A DNA stretch of 64,000 nucleotides from an uncultured Chloroflexia bacterium (lineage in GTDB: Bacteria > Chloroflexota > Limnocylindria > Limnocylindrales > CSP1-4). A program made the translations under genes and the position numbers. The notes beneath the pieces were generated by a model, which was not told where the DNA came from, made no database searches, and was given only the letters and a program-made list of their open reading frames with translations. Location: contig CAWFMQ010000016.1 in the NCBI GenBank assembly GCA_963816905.1, positions 23,817 to 87,816 on the forward strand. The letters run 5' to 3'. Of the stretch, positions 8,634-18,612 are shown piece after piece (within the stretch, counting starts at the first letter, position 1; each line of letters opens with the position of its first letter).

Positions 8634-10292
8634 CGCCTCCAACTGGTCGTGCAGTTTCGCCACCGTCGACAGGACATCGACCTCGGCCGCCTTCTTGTCC
8701 CCGCGAATGCGGACGATCCGGGGGAAGCGCAGCGCGTATCCCGACGCGTGCCGGTTGGATCGATGGATCACGTCGAACGCGATCTCAACCACGATCGTCG
8801 GCTCCACAAGGCGGTATCGCCCATGGCTTCGCAGGGTGTGCGCCTCGAACCAGCGCGTCATGTCGGCGATCTCGGCGTCCGTGAGCCCGCTGTAGGCCTT
8901 GCCGATCGTGACCAGCGCCCCCTCGGCGGCCATCGGTCGGTCGTCGCGCACCGCAAAGGTGTAGTCGGACAGCACTCCGTGGCGCTTGCCGTGCCCGACC
9001 TCGACGCCGACGACGACACAGTCGAGCGTCGTCAGCGGCCGCTTCAGCTTCAGCCAGCCGAAGCCCCGCCGGCCGGGGGAATACGGGCCGTCGGGATCCT
9101 TGACCATCAGCCCTTCGTTGCCGCGCTGCTGCGCCAGCGAGAACACCTGCCGAAGGTCGGCCTCGCTGTCAGCGCTGATCAGGTTCGAGAGCCCGAAGCC
9201 GGGTGCCTCGGCGATGCCCAGCCCTTCGAGCCGAGCCCGGCGCTCCCGGAGCGGCAGCCGCAGCAGCGGCTCGACCGTGGCATCGCCGCCCGTGCCGTGC
9301 GCCAGGAGGTCGAACGCGACGTAGATGACCGGAACCTGCGCGAGGATCTCTGCCGACGGGTCCTTTCGACCGAGCCGCGCCTGCAGCTGCAGGAACGGGA
9401 GCGCCGTGCCGTCGCGCCAACCCAGCAGTTCGCCGTCGAGGATACCGTCCCAGGGGAGCGCCGCGGCGGCCCGCACCACTTCCGGGAACTGGTCGCTCAC
9501 GTCGTGAAGGTCGCGGCTGTACAGCCTCGCCGTGGCGCCCCGGCGGTGCAGTTGCGCGCGGATACCGTCGTACTTATCCTCGACCCAGACCGGCGGCGCC
9601 ATGCGACCGAGCGCCTCCGCTTCGTCGGCGACGGGCGATGCCAGCATCGACTTGAGCGGTCGAAAGAGCGTCAGTTCGGCGCGTTCGAGGTGGCCGTCGC
9701 GCGCCAGCTCCGCCGTGCGACCGAGGTCGCCGGTCAGCATCCCCACCCACTGCACGGTTTCGAGCTCCCGCCCGAACGCCCTCGCGATCGCCGCCTCGAG
9801 ATGACCTTCGCGGAGTCCGATCCGCAGCTCCCCGGACAGGATCTTGGCCACGTACCTGCCGGTGAGCGGGTCACAGCGCTCGAGCAGGCCCTGCAGCAGC
9901 GCGGCCTTGGGACCCGTGCCGCGTACTGCCGCGATCCCGGCGAAGCACGTGTCCACGTCCTCCAGGCTCGGTGGCTCGCCGCTCGGAACGCGGTCCGAGT
10001 CGGCCAGCAGGTCGCCAACCGCAGTCCCCAGGTCGGATGACTGGTTGTAGGCGGCGAACAGCGAGCCTGACGGTGCCCCGGCGACCGACTCGGCGACGGT
10101 TGCGATCGCGGCCCAGCCGATGCCGGTCGTGCGGGAGTCGCGCTCGGGAAACGGCCGACCCGCAAGGAATACCACCGCAATCGGCAGCTCGGGTTCGGAC
10201 AGCGTGCGGAGATAGGCTGCGACGGTCGCCACCTTCTCCGATGTCCGCGAGGTCGCGGCGATGCGGTCGGCGAGTTCGCTCCAGCGTCGCAC
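8598..10292 (-). CDS. ligB: ATP-dependent DNA ligase (LigB-type)
   Basis: Motif I EDKYDGIR, ILDGEL, VAFDLL, EGLMVK, WLKLK and ALRFPRIVRIRGDK, plus an N-terminal DNA-binding domain. Confidence 0.93.
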   Translation of the reverse strand: MRRWSELADRIAATSRTSEKVATVAAYLRTLSEPELPIAVVFLAGRPFPERDSRTTGIGWAAIATVAESVAGAPSGSLFAAYNQSSDLGTAVGDLLADSDRVPSGEPPSLEDVDTCFAGIAAVRGTGPKAALLQGLLERCDPLTGRYVAKILSGELRIGLREGHLEAAIARAFGRELETVQWVGMLTGDLGRTAELARDGHLERAELTLFRPLKSMLASPVADEAEALGRMAPPVWVEDKYDGIRAQLHRRGATARLYSRDLHDVSDQFPEVVRAAAALPWDGILDGELLGWRDGTALPFLQLQARLGRKDPSAEILAQVPVIYVAFDLLAHGTGGDATVEPLLRLPLRERRARLEGLGIAEAPGFGLSNLISADSEADLRQVFSLAQQRGNEGLMVKDPDGPYSPGRRGFGWLKLKRPLTTLDCVVVGVEVGHGKRHGVLSDYTFAVRDDRPMAAEGALVTIGKAYSGLTDAEIADMTRWFEAHTLRSHGRYRLVEPTIVVEIAFDVIHRSNRHASGYALRFPRIVRIRGDKKAAEVDVLSTVAKLHDQLEAGGRYSVSTATP

Positions 10293-10382
10293 TGGCGCGA
10301 TGGTACAGACGCGCAGCTGGTTCGGCGCTGCCGTCAACGACGGCCGCGTGGAGGGGGTCTCCGCAATGTAGCATCAGCGCCC

Positions 10383-11024
10383 ATGAGATCGGACTCCGAC
10401 CGCGACCACTGGCACCCGCCGCTCATCAGCGGGCGGCTGGTCGTGCTGCGGCGCCACCGCCCGGAGAACCTGCCGTCCATTGTTCGCTGGTACCGCGACC
10501 CCGAGCTGGCCCGGCTCACGCGGTATCACACGCAGCCGATGTCGTTGGAGGAGATCGAGCGGTACTTCATGACCAGGCTGCTCGCACCCGACGCCCTCGC
10601 GTTCGGGATCCACGAGCGGAAGAGCGACCGGCTGATCGGCCTCACGACGTTCAGCGCGCTGGACCCGGACAACGGCTCGGTCCTGTTCCACATCACGATC
10701 GGCGAGCGCGATGCCTGGGGTCGCGGCTACGGCACCGAGGCGGCCGACCTGATGCTCGCGCACGCCTTCGAGCGGCTCGACCTGCACCGCGTCGGTCTCA
10801 GCGTGTTCGCGTTCAACGAGCGCGCGATCCGTTCGTACGAGAAGGCCGGGTTCCGCGTCGAGGGCCGGCTGCGGGAGGCGATCGCACGCGACGGTCGGTT
10901 CTGGGACGAGATCCAGATGGGCGTTCTCCGGGACGAGTGGATCGCAGAGCACGATAGCCGCGCGGCTGCGCCGGCGACCTGGAGTGACGCGGAGCCGCGC
11001 CGGCCCGTCGGAACCACGCGCTGA
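10383..11024 (+). CDS. GNAT acetyltransferase, RimJ/RimL family
   Basis: WGRGYGTEA, LHRVGLSVFAFNERAIRSYEKAGFRVEG. Confidence 0.9.
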   Translation: MRSDSDRDHWHPPLISGRLVVLRRHRPENLPSIVRWYRDPELARLTRYHTQPMSLEEIERYFMTRLLAPDALAFGIHERKSDRLIGLTTFSALDPDNGSVLFHITIGERDAWGRGYGTEAADLMLAHAFERLDLHRVGLSVFAFNERAIRSYEKAGFRVEGRLREAIARDGRFWDEIQMGVLRDEWIAEHDSRAAAPATWSDAEPRRPVGTTR

Positions 11025-11034
11025 GGGGCACGGC

Positions 11035-11313
11035 ATGGCCAGCGAAGGTCCGGCGTCGGCGCAGGCTCGAGCGGACGTGCGAGCCCTGGTCGCCGCGAAG
11101 GGTCACCCGTTCGACAACGCGCGCGAGGCGGCGGCTCGCCTGGAGGAGGCCTTCCGCGACGGTGCGCTCCAGCGCACACCATTGCTGGACCAGGCGCTGG
11201 CGGATCTCGCGGTGGCGCTCGAGCAGGACGAAGGCCAACGACTGGGCGGCAAGAGCGCCGAGGCGTCGCGCTTCATCCTTCGGGCGATCGACCGCGGGCT
11301 CGACGAGGCCTGA
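11035..11313 (+). CDS. Small hypothetical protein
   Basis: SD-like GAGGGG before the ATG at 11035, helical natural-looking sequence, in operon position. Confidence 0.65.
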   Translation: MASEGPASAQARADVRALVAAKGHPFDNAREAAARLEEAFRDGALQRTPLLDQALADLAVALEQDEGQRLGGKSAEASRFILRAIDRGLDEA

Positions 11314-11436
11314 AGACCGGGGGCGGCAAACGGATCGCCGGACATTCGTCATCCCAGCGTTACAGCCGCACGTACACTGGGCGGCATCGTCTCGTCCGGT
11401 GCCATCCAATCGTCGCGAACAAGGAACGCTCGCCCA

Positions 11437-12045
11437 ATGATCGATCGGCTGTTCGGTGGTCCCAAGATCACCGACGAACAGAAGAAGCGCGTCCCGCCCG
11501 GCCAGTACGTCACGCGAGAAGTGGCCGATCCTCCATTACGGCTCGGTCCCGACGCGTCGACCTGGCCACCTGGAGTTTCCGTGTCTGGGGCGAGATGGAG
11601 AACCCCTTCTCCATCTCGTGGGATGAGTTCACGCTCACTGCCTCGCAAGTCGGTCCACACGGACATCCATTGCGTGACGCGGTGGAGCAGGCTCGACATT
11701 GACTGGGAGGGCGTGCCGATCCAGCACATCCTGGAACGGGCGCGGCCGAAGTCGAGCGCGCACTTCGTCCTGGCGCACTGCGAGCAGGGCTACACGGCGA
11801 ACCTGCCGCTCGATGTCCTTGACGACGACGACGTGCTGCTCGCGGACATCGCCGACGGCGCCCCGCTCGAGCCGGACCACGGATACCCGCTGCGCCTGCT
11901 CGTCCCCAAGCGGTACTTCTGGAAGAGCGCGAAGTGGATCCGCGGTCTCCAGTTCCTGCCGTAGGACCAGCTCGGCTTCTGGGAGCGCTACGGCTACAAC
12001 AACAACGCCGATCCCTGGAAGGAAGAGAGATTCGCAGGCGAATAG
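11437..12045 (+). CDS. Sulfite oxidase-like molybdopterin oxidoreductase (YuiH/MsrP-like); compensating frameshifts and an in-frame TAG
   Basis: RVPPGQY, DIHCVTRWS and HGYPLRLLVPKRYFWKSAKW motifs. After TAG (11962-11964) the frame continues [26 protein letters not shown]. Confidence 0.85.
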
Positions 12046-12414
12046 GATCGCTTGCAGTGTTGACGTTCTGGCGGTTGGCTCGCGCTCGCTGGAGCCATGA
12101 GTGAAGGTCTCTGCGGAATCCAGCGGCTGACCCTTCAATGTCGAAGCCGGACTGAAGGCCGACGCGAAGCGCCCCGGCGCCGGAGGCCGCCGATCAGCCG
12201 CTTGGTTCGAAGCGTCGCTCCGTTCCCGCTCGCGGATTGCCGTGCCCGGCCTCGAGGCGCCGGACGTGCGACAGATTCATGTGGACCCGGGAGCCGCATC
12301 CCCGGACCGTACCCGTCGACAGACCAGGGCTCTGCGCGACGGCGACCGTCCTCCAGGTCAACTCACCCGGCCGCCAGACGTCGTGGACCACGGGCCCCAT
12401 GGTTGCCTTCCGTG

Positions 12415-13275
12415 TCAGTTGCGCCGCAGAGCGGACACGCGGGGCTCGAGCACCAGCGGCCGCAGGTGCGCTGACAGGAGCTGCATCTCGCGCCGCAGCA
12501 GCGCGTCGAGCTGTCGCAGGCGGCCGACGGTGTCGGGAGCCTCAAGCAACTCCTGCCGCGACGCCAGGTGCACCTGGACGAGCCCGCTGATCAGATACGA
12601 AAGCTCGGTCGGCGCGCTGGTCGATGTCAGGCGCCGGGCGGCAGCCATCAGCAACTGCCGGCGCTGGTCGTCGTCCAGTGCGGCCGTGTCAAGGAGTTGC
12701 TCGGTGTCGGGAAAGCCCGGCAGGTCGTGGTCGCCGGGCAGACGCAGCGGCACCGGGTCGTCATCGCCCTCGTGGTCAAGCTCGTCGCCGTCGAACTCGA
12801 TCTCGATCTCGATCTCCGGCGTGTCCTGCGCCTCGAGCGAAGGCTCAAGGAGTCCCAGGTACCGCAGGAACAGGCTTCCGACTCGATCCGCGAGACGGGC
12901 GGCGTCGCCGCCCCCGAGCGGCTCCTCGAGGATGCGCACGTCCCCCAGCAGGTACGGAGCTTCTGCGGCTCGCACCGCGTCGATCCGGAAGCGGCGCCCA
13001 CCGAGGGTGACGATGTCGAGCCGGCCGTCCGGGTAGCGACTTGCTCTCCGAATCCGCGCCGTCGTGCCGACAGGCGCGAGTTGTGGCACCGGCCCACCGA
13101 CCTCTCCTCCTGCACGGATCAGGACGACGCCGAACGGGTCTCCCCGCTGCATGCAGCGCGCCACCATCAGGCGGTATCGCTGCTCGAAGATGTGGAGCGG
13201 CAGCGCCACGCCGGGCAGGAGCACGGCGTGCAGCGGAAAGAGGGGCAGCCGGATCGGCTCGGAGAACTCGGTCAC
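12415..13275 (-). CDS. LON peptidase substrate-binding domain protein
   Basis: LPLFPLHAVLLPG..LPLHIFEQRYRLMV, FGVVLIR, VGTTARI and YPDGRLDI, with an acidic internal insert. Confidence 0.9.
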   Translation of the reverse strand: MTEFSEPIRLPLFPLHAVLLPGVALPLHIFEQRYRLMVARCMQRGDPFGVVLIRAGGEVGGPVPQLAPVGTTARIRRASRYPDGRLDIVTLGGRRFRIDAVRAAEAPYLLGDVRILEEPLGGGDAARLADRVGSLFLRYLGLLEPSLEAQDTPEIEIEIEFDGDELDHEGDDDPVPLRLPGDHDLPGFPDTEQLLDTAALDDDQRRQLLMAAARRLTSTSAPTELSYLISGLVQVHLASRQELLEAPDTVGRLRQLDALLRREMQLLSAHLRPLVLEPRVSALRRN

Positions 13276-13364
13276 GCGGTCACCATGCAACGCATCCCAA
13301 CGCGCATGGAATCACAAAGGGCGAGCCTGCGCAGGCTCGCCCCTGCTGATCGGGTGAACGAGGG

Positions 13365-13784
13365 TCAGTGGTGGCAGGCGCCGGGGCTCCCCACCGAGTC
13401 GGCCGTCCGGAAGCTGCTCCCGCAGCCGCAGGCGGAGACCGCGTTCGGGTTGTTGACTGTGAAGCCGGCGCCCATGAGGGTGTCGAGGTAGTCGATCTCC
13501 GAGCCCGCAAGGTACTGGGTGCTGGTTCGGTCGACGTAGACCTTGATGCCCTTGCTCTCGACGGTGACGTCGTCGGCTGTCGGCTGGTCCTCGAGCATCA
13601 TGCCGTAGCGAAACCCGGAGCAGCCGCCGCTGTAGACGTAGACGCGGAGGCCGATCGCGGGATCTGGCTCCGCAGCCGTCAGTTCTCGGAGTCTGCCGGC
13701 GGCGGCATCACTCAGCACCACGAGTCCGGGGGTCTCGAGGCCGGCAGGGTAAGCCGGCGTCGCAAGTGGCTGGGATTCGATCAT
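13365..13784 (-). CDS. iscA: A-type iron-sulfur carrier (HesB/IscA/ErpA family)
   Basis: LRVYVYSGGCSGFRYG and NPNAVSACGCGSSF motifs. Confidence 0.93.
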   Translation of the reverse strand: MIESQPLATPAYPAGLETPGLVVLSDAAAGRLRELTAAEPDPAIGLRVYVYSGGCSGFRYGMMLEDQPTADDVTVESKGIKVYVDRTSTQYLAGSEIDYLDTLMGAGFTVNNPNAVSACGCGSSFRTADSVGSPGACHH

Positions 13785-13848
13785 GAGACGGGCGTCCTCC
13801 TCGGACCGGGTGCACGCGTTGCGGGGCGCCTTACGGCGTCCACTGACC

Positions 13849-13875
13849 TAAATGCTAAGCAACCTGCTGCATTTA
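13849..13875. promoter_or_regulatory. AT-rich inverted repeat upstream of iscA, candidate operator
   Basis: TAAATGC-N13-GCATTTA with an inner AGCA/TGCT pair. Confidence 0.5.
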
Positions 13876-13920
13876 AGCAAGTGCGCGCTCCGTGGGCCCG
13901 GCGGTCGGCCGGTGGAGGGT

Positions 13921-16900
13921 TCAGAACAACTGACCGGTGAACACCAGGAAGCCGACGATGAGCGCGATGATGATGACGGCCACAAGGATCGTCAGGAAGA
14001 TCCCGATCGGGTCGATCCGGCTGCGGCGCTTCGCCTCGGTCGCGGGCTCCTCGGTCACCAGGTTCCAGAGATCGGTCTCACTCGGATGGGCTGACGCGCC
14101 GGCGTCGGGTGCCGCTGGAGCGTCCGGGGCACGAACCGCGATCTCGGCCGTCGACGCCGGACGAGCGGTCGCCGCACGGCCTTCCGGAACGGCGGGAGCG
14201 GCAGCCGGCCGAGCGAGCACGCCGACCGATGACTGCGTCCCACCCGCGTCTCGCGGGCCCGACTCGGAGGCCGGCCGCTGTGACGCGGGAGCGGTCCCGG
14301 GGAGGGTTCGTTCAGAGTCGGTGGCGGGACCGGCCGCGACCGAAGGGAACGCGAAAACAGCCGAGGTGCTCGCCGGTAAAACCGTGGAGGCGGTGGTTTC
14401 GGGCTTCCCATTGGAATCCCGCGCGCTGCCAACGGCACCGGACGGTTCCCCGGTGTCATAGCCGACGAACTCGGTCAGGCCCTCGAACACCGATTCGCGG
14501 GTCGACTCCCTGCCGGGTTCGCCCGGGTCCTCGTACCCCGGCAGGGTGTCACCCGACTCCGCCGCGTCACTCGCAGTCGGGGCCCCGGTGAACCATGCCC
14601 CTGGTGGCTCGCCGATCGACTCAGAATCGAGCGCCTCCGGCGATTCCATCGCCGGAGCACCGATGGTCGAGGCGTCTTCCGCAATCCAGGCCCCCTCCGG
14701 CTCGACCGTCCACCGGTCCGGCGACGGTGGCTGCTCCGCATCCGGCGTCTCGGCGACGGACTCCTCGGGCCATGCTTCGATGGCAACGGTCGGCTGCGCT
14801 CGGTCGACAGATTCCGCCGACGGAGGCCACGGCTCGGCCGCGAATGGCTGTCCTCGATCGAAAGCATCCGGCGACGACTCGGGCGGAGCGTCCGCCACGG
14901 GGGCCTCGATGGCCGGCTCAGCCGCCAGGGGTTCCATGGTCTCGGTACGGTCCGGCGCAGTTCGGGCCGGCGGCGAGGCCGTCGCTGCGGCCGCCAGGAC
15001 GACTGCTGCTCCTGCGTCCGCAATCGCATCTTCGCCCCGAGAGTGCGGGCTCGGAGGCTTGGGGGCGACGATCGCGTCGCGCGATGTGAGCGGCTGGATG
15101 GCAGGTGCTTCCGCGGTGGCGACTGCGGCCTCGGTCGGGATGGCGCTCGCTGCAACCGGAGGGACTTCTCCGGGCGGCGGAGCAGCGGGACGCCCCGCGG
15201 CGCGACCGAGCCAGGCGCCGACCAGCGACGGTAGCGGCGTGGGAGGCCGGTGATCCGGAAGGGTCGAGGGCACATGTGCCGGAACGTTCGGCTGCCCGGG
15301 CGCCGACTCCACTTCGAGGGTTCCGGCAGGAGAACGGGTGACAGCGGCCTCGGACCGCCGCGCAACCACGGCAGCAGCGACCGCGGACACGACGCCGGCT
15401 GTCAGCACGGCAGTGGGGGCGACGACGGGTCGGGGGGTGGGTTCGGGTCCGGAAGGGGCGACGGGCACGGGGGTCGGTGCCTCGACAGCGCCCAGCACGA
15501 GACCCGTTCCCGGGGGCGTGACGGGTGATCGGTCGGTCGCTGATGACGGCTCCCCGACGGCCTCCGTCTCATGGAGGATCGGAGCCGATGCCTCGGCGAC
15601 GGCCCTGTCCGGCCGCGCGAGTGGCGCGATCTCGGATGCGGGCGAGGTCTGAAGCAAGGGGTCGGGCTCGATCCACCATCGTTCCTCGTCCACGGCCTGC
15701 GCGGAGGACGCGACATCGGGCGCGGGCCGGACCGACGGTTCACTCTCCGGCGGAAGCGACCACCACACGTCGCGTTCGGCCTCGGCGACCACGGCCAATT
15801 CGGGTTCGGGCTCGGGTTCGGGCTCGGGCTCGGGTTCGGGCTCGGGCTCGGGTTCGGGTTCGGGTTCGGGCTCGGGTTCGGGCGCCGGTGTCGGCTCTGA
15901 TTCGGGTTCGGGTTCGAGTTCGAACTCCGGCGTCGGCGCGGGTTCGGGCGCGGGTTCGGGCGCCGGTTCGGGCTCGGGCGTCGGCTCGGGTTCGGGCTCC
16001 GGTTCGGGCTCGGGCTCGGCTCGGGTTCGGGCGCCGGTTCGGGTTCGGGTTCGAGCGCTGGTGTCGGCTCGGGTTCGGGTTCGGGTTCGGGTTCGAAGGT
16101 GGACTCGACGGCGGTCGCGGGCTCGAAATCCCGATCCCACCTCAGCGGAGGGCTGGGACTCCGACTCCGGCGCGTTCGACACCCAGATGATCGGCTCCCC
16201 CACGTCCGGCTGCTCGGGCTCAACGGCGGACTCGGTGGTGGCGGGCTCGGTGCTCGATGGCTCGGTGATCACCACGGGTTCGGCCTGGGCGGGCGTGGTC
16301 GCTTCGGTCGGCTGCGCGGTGGCCGCAGAGGGCGCAGGTTCCGCGATCGGAGGGGGGGAACTGAGGGCGAGCGGCTCGGGCGCTGCCGCGGGGCCTTCCT
16401 GGGCGAGTGTCCCGACGGGTTCGGGTGAGGGCGGCGGGGCGAGGATGGATCGCGAAAGCGCGGCGCCGAACACCGAAGCCGTGTGCGCGTCCCGTGTCCT
16501 GCCGGGAGTGGAGGGCGGAATCCACGCGGCTGCGACCCTTGCCGGGGTAGCGTGCAGATCCGGCACCAATGCCGGCTCGGGCGGGTGGGTCTCGGCGGTG
16601 AGCGGCACCTCGGCGGTGAGCGGCACCTCGGCGGGGAGCGGCGTCTCGGCGGTGAGCGGCACCTCGGCGGTGAGCGGCACCTCGGCGGTGAGCGGCGCTC
16701 TCGGCGGTGAGCGGCACCTCGGCGGTGAGCGGCGCTTCGGCGGTGAGCGGCGCTTCGGCGGTGAGCGGCACCTCGGCGGTGAGCGGCACCTCGGCGGTGA
16801 GCGGCACCTCGGCGGTGAGCGGCACCTCGGCGGTGAGCGGCACCTCGGCGGTGAGCGGCGTCTCGGGCGCCTCCAACTCCGCCACTCCGGCATCGCTTCG

Positions 16901-17149
16901 CGGCATCACATCAATCAGCACCGGCGCCCCTGAGTCGTCATCGACCTCTTCCGGCTCCGGCCCGACCTCCGCGCCTACGCGGAACGCCGACTCCTGCGCA
17001 TGAAGCCGGGGCGGCTCGACCTCGAATCCATGGGCTCGCAGGGCTTCTTCGAAGGTGGGCCAGACCTCTTCCTCGTCGACCGGGTCGGAAGCCGGATCCG
17101 CGCCGGCAGACCAGCCCGTCTCGCCGGGTCCCCTCCACTGATCCGTCAT
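13921..17149 (-). CDS. ~1075-aa low-complexity Pro/Ala/Glu protein with a single C-terminal TM anchor (frameshifted in repeats)
   Basis: The MTDQWRG start overlaps the thiolase stop. Contains (EVPLTA)n and (EP)n tracts and ends [36 protein letters not shown]. Confidence 0.75.
15797..16095. repeat. 6-bp coding microsatellite (Glu-Pro)n
   Basis: Runs of ttcggg/ctcggg. Confidence 0.9.
16591..16865. repeat. 18-bp coding tandem repeat (EVPLTA) x ~15
   Basis: Unit ctcggcggtgagcggcac. One copy near 16700 has an extra base. Confidence 0.95.
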
Positions 17150-18390
17150 TGCGTCGCTCCATTCAGGTCGATCCGCTCGACCACCGTGGCAATCCCCTGT
17201 CCGACACCGATGCACATGGCAGCGAGCCCGAACCTGGCCCCCGTTCTCGTAAGCTCGTGCACGAGCATCGTCATCAACCGCGCGCCGCTCATTCCGAGCG
17301 GATGGCCGAACGCGATGGCGCCACCGTTCACATTGACCCGTTCCGGGTCCAGCTGCAATTCGCGCACGCAGGCCAGCGATTGGCTGGCGAACGCCTCATT
17401 CAGCTCCACCAGGTCGATATCGTCCACCGTCAGACCCGCGCGGGCGAGTGCCTTGCGCACTGCCGGGATCGGGCCGAGTCCCATGACGGCCGGGTCCACG
17501 CCGGCAATCGCCGTGCTGACAATTCGTACGAGCGGCGGAATGCCCAGTTGTCGCGCGAGGTCCGATTCGAGGACGACCAGGGCGCTGGCTCCGTCGTTGA
17601 TCCCGGAACTGTTCCCGGCGGTGACCGTCCCGCCGTCGCGGAATGCCGGCCGGAGGCGCGCAAGCGCCTCCGCGCTCGTGTCGGCGCGTGGATGCTCGTC
17701 GCGAGCCACGACGATCGGTTCACCCCTGGGCTGCGGCACGGTGACCGGCACGATCTGTTCGGCAAAGCGTCCCGCCTCGATCGCCGCCACTGCCCGCTGG
17801 TGGCTCCTGAGTGCCCAGGCGTCCTGGTCGAGCCGGGAGATGTCGCACTGCTCGGCGACGTTCTCGCCCGTCTCGCCCATCGAGTACGGACGGTGGGCCG
17901 CGGACAGTCGCGGGTTGACGAAGCGCCAGCCAAGCGTGGTGTCGACCAGCTCGCGCGCGCCTCGCTCGAACGGGCTCTCCGGTTTGAGCATCACGTAAGG
18001 CGCGCGGGTCATGCTCTCGACGCCGCCGGCGACGAACGCATCCCCATCGCCGGCCATGATCGCGTGCGCCGCCGAGTTGATCGCCTGGAGCCCGGATCCG
18101 CAGAGGCGGTTCACCGTCTGGCCGCCGACCTCGACCGGGAGGCCGGCCATCAGCCCCGCCATGCGGGCGACGTTGCGATTGTCCTCGCCCGCAGCGTTGG
18201 CGTCACCGAGGATCACGTCCTCGATCAGTGCAGGGTCGATCCGAGCGCGCTCGACCGCGGCCCGGACCACGAGCGCGGCAAGATCATCGGGACGCACGGC
18301 GTGCAGCGCACCACCGTACCGTCCGATCGGAGTCCGGACTGCACTGACGATCCATGCGTCACGCATGGCTTTCCCAGCCTCGCGAACCAT
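17146..18390 (-). CDS. Thiolase (3-oxoadipyl-CoA thiolase, PaaJ/PcaF-like)
   Basis: [42 protein letters not shown] and MCIGVGQG. Start is at 18390 or 18366. Confidence 0.93.
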   Translation of the reverse strand: MVREAGKAMRDAWIVSAVRTPIGRYGGALHAVRPDDLAALVVRAAVERARIDPALIEDVILGDANAAGEDNRNVARMAGLMAGLPVEVGGQTVNRLCGSGLQAINSAAHAIMAGDGDAFVAGGVESMTRAPYVMLKPESPFERGARELVDTTLGWRFVNPRLSAAHRPYSMGETGENVAEQCDISRLDQDAWALRSHQRAVAAIEAGRFAEQIVPVTVPQPRGEPIVVARDEHPRADTSAEALARLRPAFRDGGTVTAGNSSGINDGASALVVLESDLARQLGIPPLVRIVSTAIAGVDPAVMGLGPIPAVRKALARAGLTVDDIDLVELNEAFASQSLACVRELQLDPERVNVNGGAIAFGHPLGMSGARLMTMLVHELTRTGARFGLAAMCIGVGQGIATVVERIDLNGATQ

Positions 18391-18612
18391 GTCGCCAAGT
18401 GTAGGACCCGCCCCTATGCCATCCAGAATGACCCAATGGTCACCCGCCCGCACCGGGCCACATGGCGGCCGTGAGGCAACACAGGGACCAACCCGGACCA
18501 ACTCCGGACGAGCCACGCGATCGGCGATTCGATCTTGTGGTCGGCCGGCCGTCGCAAAACGGCTTGGTGGGTCGCGGAGTCGCGTCCTCAGGGCAGCCTG
18601 CGCGGGCGAGGC

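Noticed and set aside
12120-12400. Minus-strand fragments resembling RNase P RNA ends (GAGTTGACC..ACGGTCGCCG, CCGGCTT..GGTCAG) or a tmRNA 5' end (GGGGCC), and a 68-aa ORF
   Set aside because: The universal GAGGAAAGUCC core and the tRNA-like T-arm/CCA end are absent, and the ORF has no recognisable features.
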